A DNA stretch of 64,000 nt, taken from Octopus vulgaris (taxonomy: Eukaryota). The stretch lies in NCBI GenBank assembly GCA_951406725.2, contig OX597822.1, positions 85,560,001-85,624,000 of the forward strand. Direction: 5' to 3'. Both the position numbers and the translations under genes were made by a program. Below the pieces are notes generated by a model, which made no database searches, was not told the DNA's origin, and saw only the letters and a list, made by a program, of their open reading frames with translations. The first letter of the stretch is position 1. Every line of letters starts with the position of its first letter. Below are positions 42,279 to 55,949 of the stretch, one piece after another.

Positions 42279-42959
42279 TATAGAGAGAAGAATACAGTGT
42301 ACATTCAAACACATAAGAGATACCCAGGCAATAGGATACCTGACTCACAAGAAAGAGCAGCTAAATTCCAAGCCACTAATTGCTGTAATTCCGAAAGTGA
42401 TTGAAAAATAAAAACTTTTACCTTATTATCCTAGACCCTGCAAGGTTTCTGCAGACTTAAATACAGATTGAAATAAAATAATTTCAATCTATATCTGGCG
42501 CTGCTTTTTCAGTAGGTTGCCAGCACTGAACACATAGGCACGGAGCGATAAATGATCAGCCACGTTTCTATATGCTCTAACTTTTCGAATCTACCGCGCC
42601 AATGTCTATGTGTTCAGTCCTGGCAACCTACTGAAGAAGCAACGCCAGATATAGATTGAAATTATTTTATTTCAATCTGTATTTAAGTCTGCAGAAACCT
42701 TGCAGGCTCTAGGATAGTAAGGTAAAAGTTTTTATTTTTCAATCACTTTTGGAATTACAACAATTAGTGGCTTGGAATTTAGCTGCTCTTTCTTGTTAGT
42801 CAGGTATCCTATTTCCTGGGTATCTCTTATGTTTTTGAATGTACACTGTATTTTTCTCTGAATAATGTATAGTCTATGGACTAAATTTTTTCCTTGTCGC
42901 TAGACCACTGGTAGCTAAGAAACTTTTCGATAAATATTCATGCTACCCTAAGATTTTAA

Positions 42960-42965
<6 letters not shown>
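42273..42965. mobile_element. Fold-back PLE-type cassette (~268-bp arms) with opposed hammerheads (family H4)
   Basis: Arms 42273-42540 and 42603-42870, ~62-nt loop, tail to ~42965, (TA)n on both sides. Confidence 0.78.
42627..42713 (+). ncRNA. Type I hammerhead motif (family H4)
   Basis: CCTA-CTGAAGA-AGCA..[ATATAGATTGAAAT/ATTTCAATCTGTAT hairpin]..TGCA-GAAA-CCTTGCAGG-CTC-TAGG. The minus-strand twin at 42430-42516 keeps GTC and GCAG/CTGC but has CTGAAAA. Confidence 0.65.
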
Positions 42966-43030
<65 letters not shown>

Positions 43031-43337
43031 CATATTTATGGATATATAAGGGATGTGAACGTTTTAAGGCAGTTTGTAATTAAAAGTCGGATTTAACTGC
43101 TATTTCTAGCGCACCGAGAGACCGAGCAACGACACCTGTTTGCGCCCGTTTCTGTATTATATATTTAGGTGGTTGCCGACATGCGAGGCATTCTTGGCCG
43201 CAATACGAGTGGACACTAAGTCATTTAATGGTCTCGAAAGCGTGCAGGGGTGACCGCAGTTGGTGGCGCACGTGTGTGTGTGTGTGTGTGTGTGCGTGTG
43301 TGTGCGTGCGTGTATACGTATGTGTGTGTGTGTGTGT

Positions 43338-43400
<63 letters not shown>

Positions 43401-43522
43401 TGTGCAAACATGATCCGTGGTAGATAGATTCACTGACTGGCGGATTTACATTTATTTGCAGTAAGTAGAGACACCTCCGTTCACACATACACACACAAAC
43501 ACACACACACACACATACATGC

Positions 43523-43557
<35 letters not shown>

Positions 43558-44122
43558 ATATGCTCGAGTTCACACGTTGAGCTTTAAACAAGTTTTGTGT
43601 GTGTGTGAACAAAGACAAAAGCATGTGAATATGTCTGTACGCGTGTGTGTATGTGTATATGTATGCATGTACGTATGCATGTAGATATGTGTGTGTATAT
43701 GTAGGTGCGTGTGTGTGTGTATACATATATATGTGTATGCAGGCGTGGTGCGAATCTTTGGCGTGCATGTGTGCACGTGTGTATCGCTACTTGTGTGAAC
43801 ATTACGCATGTCTTATAATTTTGAACGGTCACCGCTGAGTAATAAAGCCGGCTGCCCCCCCGTGTCCCAGCGCAAACATCAAATGTTTGTACGATTGCGT
43901 ATATATACGATGCCGAGATGTGTGTGTGCGCGCGTGTGTGTGTGTGTGTGCGTGTGTGTGTGTGTGTGTGTGGTTTATGCAATAAGTACGAACATTATAT
44001 ATCTTTGTTTATTGTAATTACCACAATATACATCCATATGCGCACACACACACACACACACACACATATATACATAAATGCACGCACATACGCATGTATC
44101 TGCACACTCACGTAGAGATACA

Positions 44123-44159
<37 letters not shown>

Positions 44160-44751
44160 GCGTATGTGTGTGTGCGTGTATGTATGCGTGTGCGTGTGTG
44201 TGCGTGTGTGTAAACAATGTTCCCAATAGTCAGATCCGTTTGTAAACTGAGAACGTTTGCCGTCAACCGAACAACTTCCGGTCGGTTCCGGCCAAGCCAC
44301 GCGCCACCGCAAGCTCTTCCCTCCTCTACCCATCACCACCAGTTAGACACACCCACCACTGTCTCAGAGCCACCCACTGGTAACTCCCTCCCTTATATTC
44401 TTTCCTCCTGCCTTCCCTCTTTATCTAAACATTCCATTACCTGCTACTCTCTCACTCTTTTTCATACCATCTTTCTCTCTCTCTACCTCCTCTCTCTTTC
44501 GTTTTTCTTTCGCTCTCTCTCTCTCTCTTCCCCTCTCTCACTCATTTTTTATGTTCTCTCTCTCTCTCCTCCCCTCTCTCACTCATTCTTTCATGTTCTC
44601 TCTCTCTCTCTCTTCCGATTCCACCCCCTTCTATCATATGTCTCTCAATATATTTTATGAAGATTGTTTAAATCTATGTGTGCGTGTGTGTGTGTGTATG
44701 TGTGTGTGTGTGTGTGCGCGCGCGCGCGTGTGTGTGTACCTTTTATCTTTT

Positions 44752-45012
44752 GCCTTTTATTCGTGTCAATAATAAGACTACGGCCATGCTGGGGCACCGC
44801 CTTGAAGAATTTTGGTCGAATGAATCGGCCCCAGTACTTTTGAGCCTAGTACGTACGCTAGTAATGTCTTTTGCCGAACCGCTAAGTTACGGGTACATAA
44901 ACAAACGAACACCGGTACTCAAACATTGATGGGACACAGAGAGACTAAGACAACACATACACACATACATAGAGACAGACAGACGGACAGACGGACAGAC
45001 GGACAGACAGAC

Positions 45013-45102
<90 letters not shown>

Positions 45103-45235
45103 GCTTCTTTTAGTTTCCGTCAACCAAATCCACTCGCAAGGCTTCGATTGGCCCGAGGCTACAAGACACTTGCCCAAGGTGCCAGGCAGAGGGACTGAAC
45201 TCGCAATTCTGAGATTGGGAAGCAGACTTCTTTTA
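44752..45235 (-). mobile_element. SINE family B with internal (GATA)n
   Basis: Colinear, more diverged. Partial copies also at ~1170-1295, 5017-5168, 6520-6660, 7422-7662, 15915-16130, 31150-31360, 45240-45400 and 49170-49340. Confidence 0.75.
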
Positions 45236-45809
45236 CTGCTTCCGACATTGGACTGCGGTCTTCTGAGACTCTATCTAGAAGGGTTCTGTTGAGCAAATCG
45301 CCTTGAGTACTAATTTCTGAGCTGCTACATATTCCATCGGTTCTTTAGGTCGAACCGCTATGTTACGGGGAAGAAAACAAAATAACAGCAGTTGTCATTC
45401 AGTGAGAAACCAACACTAACGCATACATACACACACATACACACACACATCAAATATATATGTGCGTGTGTATACACTCACGTTTTATGTTATTCAATAT
45501 ACATACATGCACGTATATGATAAACATGAAATGAAAGGATAATATTGATATTACTAAACGCGTTTCGATACGTAATTTGTAACACATTACATTATACGAT
45601 TTGGTTATACATTAACATGAAACATTTTCCAAGATTGGTGTTTAGTGGACATTGCCAGATCTTTAGGCAAAATCCTATATTAGGGGTTTATAAGGGCAAA
45701 TTATAGCAGTGGGGTAATGGCAACATACGCTACCATTATCCCAGGAGGTCGATGTTGGAAAGGTGTGACGCACTGATGCAGCACCCGAAAGAGTGAAATA
45801 AATCTTTTA

Positions 45810-46138
45810 TTCTTTTACTTGTTTCAGTCATTAGACGGCGGCCATGCTGGGGCACGACCGGGAAGAATTTTAGTTAGCCGTATCGACCCCCAGTATTCAT
45901 TATTTTTAAGCCTGGTACTTATTTTATCGATCTCTTTCACCGGACCGTTAAGTTACGGAATGTAAACAAACCAACACTGGTCGTCAAGAGGTGGTGTGAG
46001 ACGAACACACACACACTTACATATATATATGTAAGTGTGTGTGTGTATATATATATATACGACCAACTAAAGTCTTGTGAATTGATTTGGTGGACGGAAA
46101 CTGAAAGAAGCTCGTCATATATATATGTGTGTGCATGT

Positions 46139-46203
<65 letters not shown>

Positions 46204-46345
46204 ACGAGCTTCTTTCAGTTTCCGTCCACCAAATCCATTCACAAAGCTTTAAGTTGGTTGTAGAAGACATTTGGCCAAGGTGCCACGCGGTGGGACTGAA
46301 CCCGGGACTATGTGGTTGGGAAGCAAACTTCATACCACACTGCCA
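45810..46345 (-). mobile_element. SINE family B with internal inversion-duplication
   Basis: Tail 45810-46010 and head 46200-46345 are on the minus strand; 46060-46119 is an inverted duplicate of 46200-46260. Confidence 0.8.
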
Positions 46346-46639
46346 CGTCTTCGTTTGTACTTAAGGAACTATTTCTATTTCGTTGATTGGACACTACAGC
46401 TCCACACCAGGAAGTGGTCATCCTCGATTCCATCAATATAAAAGGGGAAAGTGTAAGAACAACCATTGATAGAATCGGTTTAAACTCTGTAACAAGCTCT
46501 GGTGTCTCTTTAAAAAATATAAAACATGAAAAATCCGAAGTAAATCTAATTTGGATGTTTTTCAGAAGCTTTTTTTGCAAATGGTAAACTCAAAAAAAGT
46601 TATTTAAAAATGCATATCTCGCAACCATCAGAGAGAAAA

Positions 46640-47280
46640 ATAAGAACAGATGCTGAAGATTCTGGGCCTGTCTCTCTGACTTAATGAACTCATGGAAATA
46701 ATTATCAAGAGAAAATTGATTAAGTTCTTTAGAAGAAACTGTCTTATTAACCCCAACAGTTGAGTTTCAGTTTCGATATGAAGCTTTCCGTATTACGATT
46801 TGAGTATTTAAACAGCTTCTCAACCATTCAAACACGGGTGCGATATATCTCGACTCAGAGAGGCTTTCAACGGGTTGATCACGGAATGGTATGCCACAAA
46901 CTAGATGATATCAACATTTTTGGGAAACTAGGAGAATGGCTTCGGGATTTTTTTAAGAGACAGGGTCGAGGTGCTGCAGTGAATAATGTTGCTCTTTCAG
47001 TGGATAAAATTATTCTGAGTAGAATCTTTCCATCCCAAGGTACTTGTCTTGCGAATATTTCTGTCTAAAGTGGCTCCATCAGACCCACCCTCCACTAGCT
47101 ATGTCGATGATATGAAACTATCAGAGGCACCGGTGCTTCAGCCAATACATGAGTGCGATGAAGCAAACAAAGAATTTAATGCCGAATAAATTCCGAGTTC
47201 TTCGTATGAAACACTCTGTAGACACAAGATCTTGAAAGAACTAGCATCAAGAAGAACTATTGCAATTCTGGAACCAGAAA
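46640..47280 (+). mobile_element. Degraded CR1-like LINE reverse transcriptase fragment
   Basis: PVSLT, IYLD..AF..VDHGMVCHKL...GKLGEWLRDFF, TSYVDDMKL; frameshifted. Confidence 0.65.
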
Positions 47281-47666
47281 GCACCACTGCACAGAGTCAA
47301 TGGCACCAGCATCTCATCAGATGATGCAACAGATTAGATCTTAAAAACGAAACTATTTTCAATAACCTACCAAAAACTTGAGAGTTCTGCGTGGAACGGA
47401 CGAAAACAGATTCCAGTGAGTGAAGGCCAGTGCACAACAACAAACCCAAGAGTAGCACTGATAAACTCCTGCCTATGCCCAAAACCCCAGTAATGATAAT
47501 GGACTGTAATAATAAGAGAAAAAAATAACGTTGGTGCTCCAGCATAGCCACGAGCCACGAATTGATAGCAATAAAAGAATACACACACCCACATACACGC
47601 ACGCACACACACATATATACATATATCTATGTGTGAGTGTGTATATATAAATATAATATATGCATA

Positions 47667-48152
<486 letters not shown>

Positions 48153-48238
48153 GGTAAGATTAGGGTCCTAGTGTTTGTCCTACGTGTACATTTTGTAGTA
48201 TTTAATGCATTCCTCGTTTCTATATATATAAATGCATT

Positions 48239-48311
<73 letters not shown>

Positions 48312-48521
48312 TGTATATATATAAAAATTAATAAATAAATAAAACATATGCATATATACATACATATATGTACTACCTACCTCTACATGTATATATGCAT
48401 GCATATATGGATACATATACATGTAGAGGTAGGTACGTACATATATGTATGTATATATGCATATGTTTTATTTATTTATTAATGACGGAACGCACGCATC
48501 CATTTCTAAGTAAGATTCTTC

Positions 48522-48584
<63 letters not shown>

Positions 48585-48592
48585 ATAAATGC

Positions 48593-48628
<36 letters not shown>

Positions 48629-49034
48629 ATGTATATAAATGCATATATATATATATCACCGTGACCGACCAGGCTATCAGATGTTGCTACACATCGCTGG
48701 TCACAATGCGCTTCGCATTGTTTTACCCTTAAAATGACGCCACCCCACTGGCTAAGCGAGCAGGCCAATATATATATATATATATATATAAATGCACATA
48801 TATATATATATGCATATATGCATTTATACATACGCACGCACACACACATATATATATATGTGTGTATGTATAAATGCATATATGCAGAGAGAAAGAGAGA
48901 GAGAGAGGGTGAGAGAGAGAGAGAGAGAGAGAGATCTAACTGTTGCAGAGCAGTGTCCTAAATAAAGTGTGTAGATTAGACCGATGAAGATTAACCTTGT
49001 GGGGTTCACTTGCGCCTATTTACTACCCTTACAT

Positions 49035-49128
<94 letters not shown>

Positions 49129-49407
49129 GCGCGCATATGTGTGTGTAATGTTTTTGTGTTTGTCTTTTTATCCCCCACCTCTTAACAATCGATGTTGATT
49201 TGATTACGGCCCTCGTATCTTAGTGGTTCGACAAAAGAAACCAATAGAATAAGTACCAGACTTATGTACTGAAGTCGATTCGGTCGGCTTAGCACTACAA
49301 GGCGATGCCCCAGCATGGCCGCATGTTCAGTAACGGAAACATGCTATGCATGTATGTAAGCGTGTGTGTGTGTGTGTATGTGCTTATACGCATACATGTA
49401 TACGTAC

Positions 49408-49450
<43 letters not shown>

Positions 49451-49862
49451 ATTTTCTTTTCTTTATTCTGCTTGCTCTCTCTTTCTCTCTCTTACTCTCT
49501 GCTTTTCTCTCTCTCTCCCTGCTACCTCCGTATCTCCTCCTCCTCCCACCCCACCTCAATCTCGCTTAACTTTTCCCTTTCTTGCCACACCTCAGTGTTT
49601 ATCTTCCGTCCGTCTTCCATTTCTAAACATCCTTCACCACCACCACCACCACCACCACCACCACCACCGTCAATATATAACGCTACCCGCTACCCTCACC
49701 ACTACCACCACCATATACAAAACCACTTCCTCCACCTCTCTTCCTGCCACTACTCCTCACTCAACCGTCCCCCCACCATCACCACATTAACTTGCTATCA
49801 CTTACCACTTCGACTCCACCTCTCTCTCTCTCTCTCCCTCTCGCTGCCTCCCCTAATATCTT

Positions 49863-49950
49863 CATCTGATAACCACGTGGCCTGCTGTGACGACAGGAGC
49901 GGCACGTGCCGACTATAAAACTACGGCCCGACCCGAGTCGCGTGTCACAC
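49863..49950 (+). promoter_or_regulatory. Candidate core promoter of the PTF1A-like gene
   Basis: CpG-rich unique patch with CATCTG (49863), two CACGTG E-boxes (49874, 49903), a TGACG half-site (49888), TATAAAA (49914-49920) and an Inr-like TCAC about 30 nt downstream. Confidence 0.5.
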
Positions 49951-51119
49951 ACTTATTACGGACTAGGGCAAGCAGAATCGCGTTACGAAACAGTTTCAGA
50001 TGCGACACTAAGAAAACACAACTGATACACACAAAACTATATATAAACATTATACACACACCGATATTATTATACACACTGATATTATATATATACACAC
50101 ACACACGCAGTAAAGTAGATTCTCAACTTCAAAGGCGGCAATATTTTATAAGTGTTACATATATAGGCACACCAACATACACACACACACACACACACAC
50201 ATAGACTGATACGCATACATACGCACCCGCGCGTATGTATTCACAGTCCTTTTTCCCTGAAGGTGTCCCCATCAAAGTACTTTTACCAGAGTTTGAACCC
50301 AAATATTTTTTATAGTTGTTTTTAGTTATTTTTATTTTCATTTTGTGGACGTTATTTCGTTAACTATTTTGTTTTATTTGATTTTTTTTTTTTGCTAAGA
50401 ATCAAAACCAAAAACAATGGTAAATCCCAAGGGATTAAAAAAGGAAAGGAAAGGAAAATCGAAGGAATAGATATAAAGTAAATAATAAGGGAAGGAAAAA
50501 GAAATTGAAGAAGATTCTAAATTAGAAAGAAAGAAAGAAAGACTATAGAGAAAAGAAGGATAAAAAGAAAGTCTTCTAGCACAAAACTATCAAAATAACC
50601 ACATATTTAGAATATTTAAATTCCATGACTACATTTTTTTAGTTGTTTTAGCTTGTTTTTTTTTTAAATTCAATTTAATTTTTTAATCTTTTTTTTTTTA
50701 TAATTTCCTTTTGTCGTCTGCAGCTAAATATTTTTACTTGCTGTTCCTTGTAAATTAATATCGCAGACGATGTCGTTATAACATTGATACCCAGCCAATA
50801 TATACACAAACATATAGAGACATACGATATATAAATATACATACACACACACACACACATACATATATAGACATATATACATTATACATACGCGCACACG
50901 CATTTAAAAAAATATATATATATATGTTAATAGTTTGAACTTTCATGCCTCTTATATAAACATGTTGCATAATATCAGTTTAATTATTATATAAATATAA
51001 ATTATTTGCTCCGTCTTTCTCTCCCCCTCTCTCTCGCACACACATACACACACACACACACACTCGCACACACGAGACGACTAGATATAAAAGAACCTAA
51101 AAGACATTTGAGAGGCGAG

Positions 51120-51744
51120 ATGTTCATGATGGAGAACTACTTGTGCGGTTTCGAGAAAGAACTGCTTGACTTCTGCTATGAGAGCGTCGGTTCGTACGAC
51201 ACCGGATTTGAAGACGATTTCCTCGACGACTCACCTTTCGGTTCAAATGGTGAGGAGAATGATTGCTCCGATTTAGAAAACAGTCTGCAGACTTATGCTT
51301 CTTTGGATGACGGATACTCGGCCTTTATCGAAAGAACCATCGATGTTGGCGTGGCCATTGGCGGCGGTGACGTTGATGGAGGAGAGGAAGAGGACGAAGA
51401 CGAAGAAGAGATATCCGGGCATAGAAAAGCTGGATTCGGACCACTCCGAGGGAAACCGGTGCGGAAAGCGTTGCAGCGACGGGCGGCGAACATGCGCGAG
51501 AGGAGACGAATGAAGTCCATTAACGATGCTTTCGACAAACTGCGCACGTGCATACCGGACACAGTGACCACAGAACGACGTCTGTCTAAAGTGGACACGC
51601 TCCGGCTGGCCATACGTTACATTGAGTACTTGAGTGACCTGGTGCAGAGTTGCAATGAGTATGGGACAGACAAAAGGATGGCGAAAAGTCCACGACATCA
51701 GGAAAAGGTTATCATGTGGTGCCACCTAACGACACAAACTGGAG
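51120..51744 (+). CDS. PTF1A: PTF1A/Fer1-like bHLH transcription factor, first coding exon (downstream exon not found in window)
   Basis: ATG at 51120 (MFMMENYL) and an acidic N-terminus. bHLH QRRAANMRERRRMKSINDAFDKLRTCIP...ERRLSKVDTLRLAIRYIEYLSDLV, followed by QEKVIMWCH (cf. PTF1A QKVIICH). Phase-1 donor GAG|GTAAAT at 51744/51745, where vertebrate PTF1A has its intron. GC/CpG-rich relative to the flanks. Confidence 0.88.
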
Positions 51745-51990
51745 GTAAATATTAAGACAAACCCTTTTCTAGAGTTTCTTCTAAAGTTTCTTGTGGTTTA
51801 AAAAATTTTTTTTTAATTCATATTTATTGCACATTATATTTTCACTCGCCCTCATTTCTTTCAATGCTTATACGCACACACACATACACATACATACACA
51901 CATACATACATACATACATACATACATACATACATACATACATACATACATACATACATACATACATACATACATACATACGTGTGTATG

Positions 51991-52027
<37 letters not shown>

Positions 52028-52399
52028 GATTGCTCCAGCATGATCCAAGCCATGTGGCTGAAACGTATAAGAGAATAATAGAACGTACATATTTCCTCTT
52101 TTCCATGTTTCTCCGTCGTTCCTTTGCGCTACATTTTGCTATTTTATACATACATACAGACTTACATATTTATCTATCAGTGTATCTACCTATCTATCAT
52201 TCTATTTATCGATTTATCTATCTGTTTACTCATGTATCTATCTAATCTATCCATCTATATGCATCTAATGTAATCCATCTATCTATCTTTCTATCTACCA
52301 ATCTATCCCTCTCTCTCTCTCTCTATGTATGTATCTATATGTCTGTCTACCTACCTATCTATCTATTTATCTATCTACCTGTATCAATATAGATGTTTC

Positions 52400-53436
52400 T
52401 CTTCTGTTTTTAATCATTTAAAGGAACTGGTCTCTGACAAAGAGACAAAGCCTCGATATTAGAATGTAGATAGCAAAAGCGATGTCATATTTTAAACCTG
52501 AGAAAAGTTTCGCATATTTCTACAGTTCCGCTTACAAATTGTATTTGTAATGTGCGAATCAGTTTGGTTGAGTTCTTTTTCTGAAAACCCTAGCTTATCC
52601 AGACTGGTTGACAGGCATTTCCTCACAAAACCAAATGCTCCAATTATTATTGGTATAAACAAAAATTTGTAATCTGGGGAAAGATGCGAGAGGTTTCGAA
52701 GCCGCTGTTCCATAGTTATCTTCTTCTTTCTCTTTGCTTTTCAGAGAAATTCCACATCAGCAACACAGCTCACCTCTATGAAAGTACATACTTTTTCTTG
52801 TCTGTCCTAAACAACAATATCCGGTTTATTATGCTAAAACTTGACATGTTTTGATGGGAATATTCCACCAGTCTTCCTTGTACTGACATTCGTGTGTGTA
52901 TTCAATAACAGGGGGATTCTCTATATTTATTCCAAGGGAGTCTTTTTTTCTGAACGGCATTGTATTATTGTCTTTGCGACAACGTCGTATCGCATAGGTA
53001 GGTAGTACCTTGATGACAATTTGAAGCATCTACTGATCACATGTGTGATATCTTCCACGAAAATGTGACATAATATACACTTCCAGTTGTATCTTCGAAC
53101 CCCAAGAGCTTCACTGTCTCTTGTTGATTATGCATTTTGTAGCAATCTCCTGTTCTTCGATTGCAAATGCATAGTCTTCGAAGTATGATGTCCAAGAGAT
53201 GCTTCGCTTCATGTCAATGTTCCTATCTTCAAGTTTTCGGGAAACTTACCCATGCATGGTCTTTTTTTTTTTGTTAAATAGTTTTTGGTATGATGAGCAT
53301 TTCACCTCCAGGTCATTAGAAGTTGGAAGTCATCGAGAAGAAAGCGCTCATTACCAACATGTAGAATATTGTTTTTTCACTTTTCACCACTAAATTAATG
53401 TATTTCTTTTTACTGCCATTGTTTAGCAAGTACTGT

Positions 53437-53486
<50 letters not shown>

Positions 53487-53975
53487 ATGCGACATTCGAA
53501 GGCTGTCTGCACTGATCTCTAGCCCCTACCTCCAATATCTCTTCTTAGATATCACTATTTTTGCGGAGATTTCCAGCTGATGTTAGAATCTTGCAGGTTT
53601 TCATGTCTATGGAGTGGATTTCTTCTACAGATCAGTCAAGTATCCCAAATGTTGGAATCAGCCCTGGTGCTGCAAATGTATTATAGGATATGGTCTTGTT
53701 GTAAGAGAAGAGTTCAGTCTACCATATATTTCTAAGTCCAGTATAATATTCCTTGGTCACTTTACGTTCGCTCACAGTACTTTGGTCTGATATTTTCATC
53801 AATGCCCAGGTACTTATAGCATTCTTTGTGTGGGACAGGAGAGATAGTGGGACCACTGATGCCTAGGTTTTGTGTCTAGGGGACTGATTTTCCCCGTTCA
53901 ACAATCAAATAAGAACATTCCTTCTGACCAAATTCCATTCCTGTATCAGCTGAAAATGTGATTAATTCCAGCTGG
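52400..53975 (-). mobile_element. Degraded R4/Dong-like non-LTR retrotransposon (RT end, zinc knuckle, restriction-like endonuclease) in the PTF1A-like intron
   Basis: Minus-strand fragments GMEFGQKEC, YKYLGI, AFAIEEQEI, EDITHVISRC, WWNIPIKT, HNKPDIVV, FIEVSC, FIPIIIGAFG. Confidence 0.75.
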
Positions 53976-54271
53976 GGTTTTTTTTGTATGTATGTATGTA
54001 CGTATGTATGTATGTATGTATGTATGTATGTATGTATGTATGTATGTATGCCTCTTCCTCTTTTTAATTAAGAATAAATTTTGACCGGTCACCTCCTTGG
54101 TAGCAAGGTTGTGAAGGAAAGAGCCTTGTTTTGTTCATCACCCTTTGAATCGTAACGTCTTGCAAATTATTATAGTCGTAAACGTCGTGATCCTTTGTAG
54201 TGCACGAATTAAGAATTTGCGTTCTCTCCCCCAAGAACCCAAGTGCAGCCATACTTTGCTCCAGACTGGTC

Positions 54272-54316
<45 letters not shown>

Positions 54317-54500
54317 ATTCATGTATACAAGTATACTTTATTTAAAAATTCTTTCAATCACGCGCGAGAGCCTAAATCCAAACAACTCCAGGCAGATTTG
54401 CATTCAATGGAATGCAGAGAGTGAAATGGAAATAAACGATGCAGTAGCAATCCCAAAGCATATGTGATATATGCATGTATATACATACACACACACACAC

Positions 54501-54672
<172 letters not shown>

Positions 54673-54940
54673 GAGTGTTTATTGAGCGAAAACACCTAAA
54701 AGCTCCACGAGGCTCCGGCAGGGGGTGGTGATCCCTGGTGTACTCTTTCACCACTCTTTCTTCTGTTGGCCTGCTCGCTTAGCCAGCGAGGTGGCGTCAT
54801 TCGAAGGCTAAAACAATGCGAACGCATTGTGACCAGCGATGTGTAACAACATCTGATAGCCTGGTCGGTCACGTGATCACGTGATATATATATATATATG
54901 TATATAATTATATATATACATATATATATAAACTGTGTGC

Positions 54941-54990
<50 letters not shown>

Positions 54991-54998
54991 AATAATAC

Positions 54999-55802
54999 AA
55001 GCAAAAGAAATAATATTAAGATTATAAACCTGGACAAGTTCAGGACAACTTATTACATCTGGTAAAGTACAGAAGAAGAACATTTTTACTTAAAATATTG
55101 CAGCTAAGGATAAAATTTCAAATAAAATATTTAGATTTAGATTAGAAAATATTAGCTTTTATTTAAAAACTAAAAAAAGTTATTACAAGTTATTACTTCT
55201 ATTTATTATTACTTGTTACTTTTTTAAAAAATAAAAAATAACTCAATCAAAATATTTTTTGCCTTTTAAAAGAATTCATTTTTTTAAATTATTAATTAAA
55301 AATTTGAAAATGGGTTATAAAAAATAATACATAATTAGTACAATAAATAGAATAATACAAAAACTAATCATATATTACATAAAATCTTCCTATAACAACA
55401 AATTCACATTAATATTTGCTTGATTTATTGCCTAGTCTTCACATTTTTTAGTCTTGACCCAATGCCTATTTTTTACATAATGAATTTGCCTACCATATAT
55501 ACTATTCTACTTTGCGTAAAACTTTAGCTATATTGGTACTTCTGACTCAGTTTTTATGTATTCTAGTGTGTCAATATTGTAACAAAATGATGGTACCTTT
55601 CTTAATTATAATGTTACTTGGTAAATTAAAATCAAATAATTTTTGATATTTAAGTTTTATCCTTAGCTGCAATTTCTTAAGTAAAAAATTTCTTGTTCTG
55701 CATTTTACCAGATGTAATAAGTTGTCCTAAACTTTTCCAAGTGTAATAACTTGTCCTGTAATTTTCCAGGTTTATAATCTTAAGAATATTGTTTCTCTTG
55801 CT
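54999..55802. repeat. Diverged inverted repeat (~140-170-bp arms) around an AT-rich core
   Basis: 54999-55140 versus 55630-55802, e.g. TTAAGATTATAAACCTGGA / TCCAGGTTTATAATCTTAA. Confidence 0.7.
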
Positions 55803-55949
55803 CGCATTTTTCAATGTAATCCATGTTTTTGCCAGGCTATACTATTATGCTAATTAATAATGTGTCAATTAATAATTTAAAATTTTAACTTATTGAAAAT
55901 TATGTCAATGATGATGGCGACATCCATTAAGAGTCTCTTTATAGAACTA

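Noticed and set aside
45540-45800. Possible extra hammerhead halves (GAAACGCGTT on minus at ~45557-45566; also ACGATGAAGG near 9416)
   Set aside because: No convincing matching core and stems could be assembled.
51006-51119. N-terminal extension of the bHLH ORF (MLRLSLPL...HTHT)
   Set aside because: It starts at TTG and crosses a CA repeat; the first ATG is at 51120.
51273-51725. Antisense and alternate-frame ORFs over the bHLH exon
   Set aside because: Shadows of a GC-rich coding exon.
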